Source: Candidatus Babeliales bacterium (GTDB taxonomy: Bacteria; Babelota; Babeliae; Babelales; JACPOV01). From it: a stretch of DNA of 64,000 bases. Below the pieces are notes generated by a model. That model worked only from the letters and a program-made list of their open reading frames with translations, made no database searches and was not told where the DNA came from. Position 1 is the first letter of the stretch, and each line of letters opens with the position of its first letter. The stretch spans positions 367,160 through 431,159 of the forward strand of contig JBBDJI010000013.1 in the NCBI GenBank assembly GCA_040879965.1, given 5' to 3'. This document shows, in pieces, positions 56,414 through 64,000 of this stretch. The position numbers and the translations under genes were made by a program.

Positions 56414-57739
56414 ATGGCAGAATTTAATAGGAAAATTTTTATAATTGGTTGTGGTGCGGTGGCTCAATGTAGCATTCCATTAATTTTGAAATATTTTAAT
56501 ATAGCTCCCAAAAAAATTTCAATAATCGATCCACTCGATGTAAGAACAGCTATAAATGATTATATAAAACAAGGCTTACAATTTGAGCAAACAAGCATTA
56601 TAAAGAATAACTTTTCTATGATTCTTGCTCATTATCTAAAGCCAGGTGATCTATGCATTGATTTAGCAAATGAAGTGGATACATTGGATATCCTCAATTG
56701 GTGCCAAAATCATAATGTTTTCTATTTAAATACCTGCTTGAATAGCTGGCCCAATAATGAACAATATTCAGCTTATAAACTCTATCAAATAATATTAAAA
56801 TTGAAAAAACAACATCAAAAAAATACGACCACTGCCGTATTAACTCACGGTGCAAATCCCGGTCTCATTTCTTCTTTTGTCAAACAAGGTTTAATAGACG
56901 CTGCCCATTATTTTATGCAAAAAACAAATAAGCAAAGAGAAATTGAACGCGCTCTGGAAAATGCAAACTTTAGTAATCTTGCTTATCTGTTAGCTATCAA
57001 AACAATTCACATAACAGAGATTGATTCACAAACTATTTCCACTGAATCAATTAATAAATTTTGTAATACCTGGAGCATTAATGAATTTATCAGTGAATGT
57101 ACTGCTGATATTGAGTTTGCATGGGGATATCATGAAAAATCTCATCCACCGGGCGCAAAAATAGATAACGGAAATATTTTTTTACCAAATAAAGGGCTCC
57201 ATTCACGCTTACAATCATGGATTCCTCATGAAACTTTTTCTGGTATGATAATTCCTCATGATGAAACATATACTGTTGCAGATTATCTTTCGATTGCGCA
57301 TACTTATCGCCCTACAACTCTTTTTGTCTATAAGCCATGCCCTGCAGCACAACAATTATTAAAAAATTTTGATTCAAATAAAATTACTTATCCCGAACAT
57401 GTCATCACCAATGAAATAACTGATGGCGGAGAAAGGATGGGTTCTTTATTAATAAATAGTTCTTTTTCTTGGTGGACAGGAAGCCTCATAAGTATTCAAG
57501 AAAGTAATAAATTATTGCCAGGACATAATGCAACTGTCATGCAAGTAGCTGCCGGCATTTTAACTGCATTAGACTTTATAATAGAAAATCCACAAAAAGG
57601 CATTTGCTTTCCGGAAGATTTAGATCACCAAAAAGTGTTGAAAATAGCAAAACCATATCTTGGTAATGTAATATCAAAGCATGTAGATTGGAATATCAGT
57701 ACCGATTGTTTATTTAATGATTATCTATTACAACTATAA
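56414..57739 (+). CDS. hss: homospermidine synthase
   Basis: Rossmann 'IFIIGCGAVAQ', 'TTAVLTHGANPGLISSFVKQGL', 'NTWSINEFISE', 'NATVMQVAAGILTAL' and 'AKPYLGNV'. The start is set to ATG 56414, preceded by 'aaaagggga'. Confidence 0.8.
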   Translation: MAEFNRKIFIIGCGAVAQCSIPLILKYFNIAPKKISIIDPLDVRTAINDYIKQGLQFEQTSIIKNNFSMILAHYLKPGDLCIDLANEVDTLDILNWCQNHNVFYLNTCLNSWPNNEQYSAYKLYQIILKLKKQHQKNTTTAVLTHGANPGLISSFVKQGLIDAAHYFMQKTNKQREIERALENANFSNLAYLLAIKTIHITEIDSQTISTESINKFCNTWSINEFISECTADIEFAWGYHEKSHPPGAKIDNGNIFLPNKGLHSRLQSWIPHETFSGMIIPHDETYTVADYLSIAHTYRPTTLFVYKPCPAAQQLLKNFDSNKITYPEHVITNEITDGGERMGSLLINSSFSWWTGSLISIQESNKLLPGHNATVMQVAAGILTALDFIIENPQKGICFPEDLDHQKVLKIAKPYLGNVISKHVDWNISTDCLFNDYLLQL

Positions 57740-58014
57740 ACTGCATTAATAATCCACGAAATACTTATCTTAACAATCTTTACTAACTTATATTATAATA
57801 CTAAGTTTTTAAAAAATTGAGAGAAAAAATACTCGCCAAGCATTCCAAAAAAAAGAATATAAAATCTTATAAGCCACCATGCTTTGTTATACATAAAGTT
57901 GCTAAAGCCAATCTGAGACTTTAAAAAATATTATTTTGCTTTGTCAATCGAAAATAATAATAGGAAAACTAAGTAAAAAATTGGCAAATTTATGAAAAAT
58001 CATTGTTATTCTGT

Positions 58015-59082
58015 TCAATCCATAAATTCATTAAGAATAGTAAATATAGATTTTTCATGCTCATTATCCCAATTTACGTTTACTGAAGAAAAAGAAGAAG
58101 AAGAATCTGTTTTCAAAACGGTAGTTTGTTTAATCATAGTATGGTTTAAGTTTTGTAAAACATTTGCAATATCTTGCGCATAAGATATACCAAGAACAAA
58201 TATCGTCTTTTCTCTTGGTAATTTTAATAACCCATGTAAATAATGTACAACACCGGTATTAAAAGCAAATCCATGAAGCATAATTTTATGAATTCTGTCA
58301 ATTTCCTGGAGAATTTCATCAATGGTATCAGACTGTTGAAGATGATTCAAAAAAACTAATAATAATGACATCCGTTCATTATATTTATCAAATAGTTCGT
58401 AAATCTTATTTCTGCTTTCATTAATTTTTTTTATTCTCGAATCTAATAGAGATACGATTTTAATTTGTTGTAAATTGTTATAATGATCTCTAATTTCTTT
58501 TGATTTTTTTACTTGTGCTTTCATGGCTTCAAAATATTCAGCTAAGGACATATCTTTATATTCATTCAATTCATAAAAATCTCTCATAGCCTGATAAAGA
58601 TGAAGTGGTTCTGGAAATTTTTTAAAATTTTTTATAGCATCAGGGTCAAGTTTTGAAAAAACTTCTATTAAGCATTGCCTATGCTCATTAATAACCGTCC
58701 ATTCAAATACTTTTTGATGATAGAATTCCAATTTCAAGTAAGGATTTTTGCTTATATCTTTAGAAAATTGATAGTGCAAATAATTATTAGTCAGAGAATT
58801 ATCAATATATTTTGGTTCAGTTTTTAACGTATCATAATCATATATACATTGAATCATTTTTTTTGTTTCTAATGACTTATTATTAAGAACCTTCATTATT
58901 AATTTATTTTTTTCAACAAGTTTTTTTTCAATATCTTCGCGCAAAAAACACCCAATTAATAGTATTTTTTGTTTGCTTTCTTTATTTTCTAATAAACTGA
59001 ATTCAACCATTGCCTGCAATTGATTAAAAACAATAGCAATAACTAATAATAAAAATAATGAATACTTAACTTTTAATAGCAT
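58015..59082 (-). CDS. hypothetical secreted protein (paralogue of 59142-60419, without the MYND finger)
   Basis: 'NQLQA|MVEFSLLENK...ILLIGCF...IYDYD' parallels the neighbour. Confidence 0.6.
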   Translation of the reverse strand: MLLKVKYSLFLLLVIAIVFNQLQAMVEFSLLENKESKQKILLIGCFLREDIEKKLVEKNKLIMKVLNNKSLETKKMIQCIYDYDTLKTEPKYIDNSLTNNYLHYQFSKDISKNPYLKLEFYHQKVFEWTVINEHRQCLIEVFSKLDPDAIKNFKKFPEPLHLYQAMRDFYELNEYKDMSLAEYFEAMKAQVKKSKEIRDHYNNLQQIKIVSLLDSRIKKINESRNKIYELFDKYNERMSLLLVFLNHLQQSDTIDEILQEIDRIHKIMLHGFAFNTGVVHYLHGLLKLPREKTIFVLGISYAQDIANVLQNLNHTMIKQTTVLKTDSSSSFSSVNVNWDNEHEKSIFTILNEFMD

Positions 59083-59141
59083 ACAATTTTCAATTTCAAT
59101 GATTAAACAAATTTGTCAGCATCAATTAATCAATCGTTTTT

Positions 59142-60419
59142 TTAATTTTTATTACAATTAACTTTATGTTTTGGCCAATCTGCTCTTTGACAATTGACTG
59201 AGCAATACCAAATCGATTTACAATATCCACAATGTTTTAGTGAAATTTCAGCAGATGTTTTATTGCAAATATTACATGCTTTTTCAGCTTTAATATTATT
59301 ACTGTTTTTTGGAAGTAAATCTTTTGCAAAAGATGAAATTAGAGTATTTTCTTTTGCTTGATAATTGACTAATCCATTTATCACTTCTTCAATAAAATCA
59401 TCCTGCTCTTTATGCCAACTAATTGTTGCTCCATATCTATTCACATCATTCATGACACAATTTTTTTTAATTATATTGTAATTTAATCGTTGCAATCCAT
59501 CTAAAATTTTTGAAAGATAAGCAGCTCCTACAATAAACACTGAATTTGATGCTTTAGCATTTAACAAGTTGCGTAAATAAATCATACTACCAATTTGAGC
59601 ATCAGAACCAAGAAGTAAGGCACCAGGAAGTTTATTATCAATTGCATCTAATGCTTCACGACTTGTCTTAAATTTTTCTAAGTATGAAATTAAAGCAAAT
59701 AATAATAATACGTCCTTATTGGATTTTATATTCAGAATATTTTGAATATCTTTGTTATGTTCTTTAATTTTTTCAATTTTTTCTTCAAACATTAAAGCAA
59801 TATCTACCTGATTATCCTTTTTATAATCATCTACCATAGAACTAAATTGCTTTTCTTCTTTTTCAAGCGTGTTAATATATTCAACTGCAAGCATATCCGC
59901 AATGTCTCTATTATAAAATCTTTGCAGCAAAGAATTCATATGATTTATATATCGAGCATCACTTTTAAAATCATTTATAGAATGATTAACAAGATCAACA
60001 AAAATTTCTTCTAATAACCTTATATGACGAGAAATTATTGTACGCTCAAATCCTCTATGATGACACGTTTTTAGTTTACAATACGAATTGTTTTTAACTT
60101 CTTTTGAAAATTGCCAATGTATATAATTAATAATTTCAGATACATTCGCATAATCTGGTTCAGCGTTACCTACATTATAATCATAGATAAAGTTAATAGG
60201 TGCTTTTTTCTCCAATGATTTCTGATTAAGTGATTGCAAAAATGCTTTACTTTTATCAAATGTATAGTTTTCTACGCAATTATCTCCAAATTGCCCTATT
60301 AAAAATACCTTTTGTTTTGTTTGATTATTTTCTAATAAATTAAATTCAACCATCGCCTGTAATTGAACAATACTAATTAACAATAAAAAAATTGAGTATA
60401 CTTTTTTTAATTGGATCAC
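59142..60419 (-). CDS. secreted protein with a C-terminal MYND-type zinc finger
   Basis: 'CNICNKTSAEISLKHCGYCKSIWYCSVNCQRADWPKHKVNC' fits the MYND C4-C2HC pattern, including 'YCS..CQ..DW..HK..C'. Confidence 0.8.
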   Translation of the reverse strand: MIQLKKVYSIFLLLISIVQLQAMVEFNLLENNQTKQKVFLIGQFGDNCVENYTFDKSKAFLQSLNQKSLEKKAPINFIYDYNVGNAEPDYANVSEIINYIHWQFSKEVKNNSYCKLKTCHHRGFERTIISRHIRLLEEIFVDLVNHSINDFKSDARYINHMNSLLQRFYNRDIADMLAVEYINTLEKEEKQFSSMVDDYKKDNQVDIALMFEEKIEKIKEHNKDIQNILNIKSNKDVLLLFALISYLEKFKTSREALDAIDNKLPGALLLGSDAQIGSMIYLRNLLNAKASNSVFIVGAAYLSKILDGLQRLNYNIIKKNCVMNDVNRYGATISWHKEQDDFIEEVINGLVNYQAKENTLISSFAKDLLPKNSNNIKAEKACNICNKTSAEISLKHCGYCKSIWYCSVNCQRADWPKHKVNCNKN

Positions 60420-60564
60420 AACATAACCTTTATAATAAATTATTGCGTATAAAAATTCTTTAATTAAAAAGCAACAATATCAGATATTACAAAAATTACT
60501 ATCTTCATTTAGTATTTTTTATAGGAAAAACAATATAGAAAAGATTAATTATATTTTTGCTATT

Positions 60565-61494
60565 TTATGTATTTAGTTCTTGAAAAACTTTTTTTAATGC
60601 AAGAATTGTCCAATCCTTAAGATGTTCATCTTTATTTTCATAACAATAGGGTAAAAGTCTAATGGAATGAGTAAGAGCCCGAAAAATTGCAATTTTTTTT
60701 GTTTGATTATCGATATTACCGTACGTATTAAAAAAGACATTTTGAGCTTCTTGATCGAAAAGCATAAATCCTATTGATAAATCAATGCCGGGATTACCAA
60801 TATGAATATCGCCCCAATCAATTATACCCGTAGGATTCATATTTTCATCAACAAGTATATGCCGACTATATAAATCGCCATGCACAAAACTTGCTTTTTC
60901 TGCTTTAGCGAAATTAAATGAACCTAAAATATCAAGTGCAATAAAAAGATCATTTTTATCAAAATCAGCTTGCAAAAAATAGTGCGCATAATCGGAAATA
61001 GTTTTTTTGCATGTTTCTATTCTCCCAGGTACATCTAATCGCCAAGATTGATCACCTTTTATTAATGAATTATATGATTGGGGTATGTTCAATCCATGCA
61101 ATTCTTTTAGCCAAAGAGCTAACGTTTCGGCAAAAATTTTATTATTGATTAAATGCGCTTGCGTTTCACTTAATGGCTCGCCTGGCAATATGCGATATCC
61201 AGAAAAAAAATATGGGTAAGCATTTGAAGGTTGACCGATAATTTGAGGAGATGAGAGCGAAAAAGAAACATTTTTTGCAATATATGGTAGTACCGCTATT
61301 TCATTTTCCATACAAGTAACGCCCATTTGCCTACGAGCAAATCGAAAAACATATTCATTATTTATCAGATAAACAATATTATCCCAACCTTCGCCAAAGA
61401 TTTTTATAGATACAACTTTTAAGTTCGTTTGTGATTCAATTAACTGTTTTGCTAAATCTTGATTAATATTAATAGTTTGAGCCCAAATATGCAT
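60565..61494 (-). CDS. aminoglycoside phosphotransferase (APH)/choline-kinase-like family kinase
   Basis: Catalytic loop 'FVHGDLYSRHILVD' and 'GIIDWGDIHIGNPGIDL'. Confidence 0.8.
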   Translation of the reverse strand: MHIWAQTININQDLAKQLIESQTNLKVVSIKIFGEGWDNIVYLINNEYVFRFARRQMGVTCMENEIAVLPYIAKNVSFSLSSPQIIGQPSNAYPYFFSGYRILPGEPLSETQAHLINNKIFAETLALWLKELHGLNIPQSYNSLIKGDQSWRLDVPGRIETCKKTISDYAHYFLQADFDKNDLFIALDILGSFNFAKAEKASFVHGDLYSRHILVDENMNPTGIIDWGDIHIGNPGIDLSIGFMLFDQEAQNVFFNTYGNIDNQTKKIAIFRALTHSIRLLPYCYENKDEHLKDWTILALKKVFQELNT

Positions 61495-61529
61495 GATAAA
61501 ATTCCTTTTACTTTTTAAAGAATTTTAAC

Positions 61530-61568
61530 AAAAAAAAGGCCAAAACTGAATTATCAACTTTAGCCTTT
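61530..61568 (-). terminator. rho-independent terminator of 61589-62107
   Basis: On the minus strand, aaaggctaaa / tttggccttt (10 bp with one G-U, 13-nt loop) followed by a T-run of about 8. Confidence 0.6.
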
Positions 61569-61588
61569 TTTTAAAATCTATGGAAAAA

Positions 61589-62107
61589 TTACTTTTGAGA
61601 ATCTTGTGGATTAAGTACTTTTTCTATTTGCGAAATAACAATACCTGCATCTTCAGTCATTTTTTTCTTAGCGTAATATTGTTTGCGAGAATAAAACTGA
61701 TTAAATCCTTCAACTGCAACCGCAAAACCAGCGATAGCTAATGATGTCTTCAAACTTCTTACATCTCCTATTAGTGCAGGCGATACAGAATAACATAATG
61801 CATGCCAAGCGGCACCGATTCCAGTATAAATAGCAGCAGAGTTAAGCCATTGTCGCTGATTATTGAACCATTGAGTACTGCTTTTGTTTGATTTTTTAAA
61901 AGCTTGTAGCTCCGTTAGTTCATCCTTTAAGTTATTTTCATTGGTTATATATTGAACTGCTCGTCTTAAATCTTCAGGACTATTACCTTTTCCTAAGATT
62001 TTAACAAGACCTGAAGTAGCCAATACTGGCTGATTTAATACACTTACTCCCAAAGCTACTAAAACTGTATATTTCATTATATTTTTTAACATTATATACC
62101 TTTTCAT
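61589..62107 (-). CDS. hypothetical secreted/membrane protein
   Basis: Signal peptide '...YTVLVALGVSVLNQPVLA'. Two hydrophobic segments near the C-terminus. Confidence 0.5.
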   Translation of the reverse strand: MKRYIMLKNIMKYTVLVALGVSVLNQPVLATSGLVKILGKGNSPEDLRRAVQYITNENNLKDELTELQAFKKSNKSSTQWFNNQRQWLNSAAIYTGIGAAWHALCYSVSPALIGDVRSLKTSLAIAGFAVAVEGFNQFYSRKQYYAKKKMTEDAGIVISQIEKVLNPQDSQK

Positions 62108-62111
62108 TAAA

Positions 62112-62699
62112 TTATCGTAAAAATAGTGATCTCATAAAAAACAAAAACTTAACTGGTGCACTAAGTTTTTTATAATACTCTTTATTTGCCTCTTGAAACA
62201 ATGCACAGGTTTCATTTAATGCACTTTCAACATTTAAATCACTAAGTCGCGAATCATCTTGCTTTATTTGATTTATTGTTTCTTGCAAAGATTCTTTTGC
62301 ATCTTCTAAAACTTTCTTCTTATCTGCAATACGCTTATTAGAAGCTACAGCAGTTGACGCAACAAAATGATGAAACCATGCAACATTATAATTCAATAAA
62401 CAAGTAAAAAACTGTTGGCATTGAGGCCTTTCATTATTTTCCATACAATATTTCGGCAATTGCGTACTTTCCGCTTTTTGCAGATATGGTTCAATAAATG
62501 CCCCATAAGCTTTATAACCCATAAGTGCTCGCTGCCTTCTATACAGATCATATTTAAAGTTGTCTTTTAAAACTTCTTTCTCCATAGGCTTTCCAGGAAC
62601 AGGAAGATCAACCAATCTAATCCTTATATCACCGGAAACAGCCAATAAAGGCACTGCCATTATTACACAAAGTATTAAAGAAAAAAATTGAATACGCAT
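62112..62699 (-). CDS. hypothetical secreted protein
   Basis: The start is moved to ATG 62699 ('MRIQFFSLILCVIMAVPLLA'), preceded by a 'gggggga' SD. Confidence 0.5.
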   Translation of the reverse strand: MRIQFFSLILCVIMAVPLLAVSGDIRIRLVDLPVPGKPMEKEVLKDNFKYDLYRRQRALMGYKAYGAFIEPYLQKAESTQLPKYCMENNERPQCQQFFTCLLNYNVAWFHHFVASTAVASNKRIADKKKVLEDAKESLQETINQIKQDDSRLSDLNVESALNETCALFQEANKEYYKKLSAPVKFLFFMRSLFLR

Positions 62700-62899
62700 A
62701 GTTCCCCCCATAGAGAATTGTGTTTCTAAACTGCTTATTATTGTATCAGAGAAAATGGTTATCGCCAAGCAACAATACCCTAATCATTTCTATTAGAATA
62801 TAAAAGAAAAAACAATCTGCTCATAAAGCTATCAAAGAGGGAAGCTTTATCCTTAAGCAACCATAAATCAAGTCAATTAGTAAAAAAAATTATTGCGTT

Positions 62900-63322
62900 T
62901 TATGTAAGAAAAAAATAATTATCTAAAGAAAAAATACCGCTACCAGCAATTACTAAACTGATAAAAATAATGAGTTGAGAGAGTGGAAAAGAGATATAGC
63001 CATAACTATCCCCTTTTGCAATATGATGAATAATAGCAACAAGCATAGTAAAACTCATAAAGCAAGCTGCTATACGAGTACCTAAACCCAACGTCAGACA
63101 AATTCCACCCAGAAATTCACTTAACATAGCACAAATGCCCCAAAAGAGTGGCACAAAGGTTATTCCTAAATTACGCATTTGTTCTCCAGTCCATACCAAT
63201 TCAGGAATACCACGCTTTATTTTTAAAAAACCATGCCCAATAAATAATATACCAATACCGATCCGCAACATGGTAAGCGCTATAGCATTTAATTGAGGGG
63301 TAGATGAAATAATTAACTCCAT
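62900..63322 (-). CDS. DoxX-family membrane protein
   Basis: Four TM segments. 'LRIGIGILFIGHGFLKI' is typical of DoxX. Confidence 0.7.
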   Translation of the reverse strand: MELIISSTPQLNAIALTMLRIGIGILFIGHGFLKIKRGIPELVWTGEQMRNLGITFVPLFWGICAMLSEFLGGICLTLGLGTRIAACFMSFTMLVAIIHHIAKGDSYGYISFPLSQLIIFISLVIAGSGIFSLDNYFFLT

Positions 63323-63331
63323 AAAAATTCC

Positions 63332-63832
63332 TTATTTGAGTTCTAGTTCTTTTTTGGTAGATTCTATTGCAAACTTAGTTAAATATTTAATATTTTTTCC
63401 TAATAATTCAACAATCTCATCTATTTTTTTCATGGATTCTCTTGCCTCTAAAGCTAATCCTTCTTGATATTTAGCTTTAGTATTTTGCAATTCATGAAGA
63501 ATACCGGTTTCTACTTTGGTTTGCAAAGTCATTTTTTGTAATCGTAATTTTTGTACGTTAAACTCTACAAGCGTTTTTGGATTTAAATGTATTAATATGT
63601 TATTTAAATCTGAAACATATTTTGCAGCAATATAAAGATTCATAGCAAGATCATCATAAGGCACTTTTGATTTTCTTTGCATTTTAAATAAGTCCAAATT
63701 TATTTCAGCAAAAAATATTGCGAATTTAACTTCATTGTTAATATTTTCAAGTTCATTCTCCATCGCATTACTTATATTAGATTGCATGAAGAATAAAATT
63801 AAAATTATGAAATTAAGTGTTTTTCTTTGCAT
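63332..63832 (-). CDS. hypothetical secreted helical protein
   Basis: 'MQRKTLNFIILILFFMQSNISNA|ME' leader. The rest is charged and helical. Confidence 0.5.
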   Translation of the reverse strand: MQRKTLNFIILILFFMQSNISNAMENELENINNEVKFAIFFAEINLDLFKMQRKSKVPYDDLAMNLYIAAKYVSDLNNILIHLNPKTLVEFNVQKLRLQKMTLQTKVETGILHELQNTKAKYQEGLALEARESMKKIDEIVELLGKNIKYLTKFAIESTKKELELK

Positions 63833-63847
63833 CTTGGACCTTTAAAT

Positions 63848-64000
63848 TTATTTCTTTATTTTTTTAATATTCCCTTGTAATGCAGCTGCAACTTGCTGAT
63901 CTTTAAAACCTTGTGACTGATTATCTCCTGTTAGTACTTCATCCTCAGATTGATCAAACTTTAAGCCCTGCGATGACATCTGTTTCCTTTTTAAACCATT
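63848..64000 (-). CDS. 3' end of a gene continuing beyond the window
   Basis: The minus-strand frame is open from the window edge to the stop at 63850-63848 ('...MSSQGLKFDQSEDEVLTGDNQSQGFKDQQVAAALQGNIKKIKK*'). Confidence 0.3.
   Translation of the reverse strand, partial: NGLKRKQMSSQGLKFDQSEDEVLTGDNQSQGFKDQQVAAALQGNIKKIKK

Overview
This is a 64-kb stretch of a very AT-rich bacterial chromosome. I saw no rRNA, CRISPR array, transposase or integrase. It holds about 65 protein genes on both strands and one tRNA-Phe(GAA). Recognisable housekeeping genes are a SEDS RodA/FtsW-type protein, an ABC-F ATPase, ruvB, yebC, yicC, dnaE, pheS, galU, ppsA, brnQ, nupC, psd, prfA, rpmE, a GuaD/TadA-type deaminase and homospermidine synthase. 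They are interleaved with many lineage-specific proteins that carry signal peptides, often in paralogous pairs. Several of these carry eukaryote-type modules: ankyrin, LRR, WD40-like propellers, BTB/Skp1-like modules, a SOCS/F-box-like motif and a MYND zinc finger. This content fits an obligate intracellular associate of protists (Dependentiae/TM6-like or similar), but that is inference only. Main candidates for follow-up: (1) a secreted 1183-aa protein ending in an EndoU-like RNase toxin domain, with a translationally coupled, internally duplicated candidate immunity gene (16242-20547). (2) An 830-aa secreted protein with three tandem BTB/Skp1-like modules, a beta-propeller and an NLS-like tail (43909-46401), alongside WD40-like and ankyrin proteins whose N-termini resemble SOCS/BC-box plus Cul-box motifs. 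(3) A recurrent 'signal peptide followed directly by Met-Glu' leader shared by about 12 otherwise unrelated proteins. (4) A MYND-finger protein in a tandem paralogue pair. (5) A G+C-enriched, hairpin-rich 310-nt spacer after dnaE that could be an unclassified RNA. (6) A decayed HigB-2-like toxin next to an intact antitoxin beside tRNA-Phe. All functional calls rest on motif recognition by eye. No database search was run.
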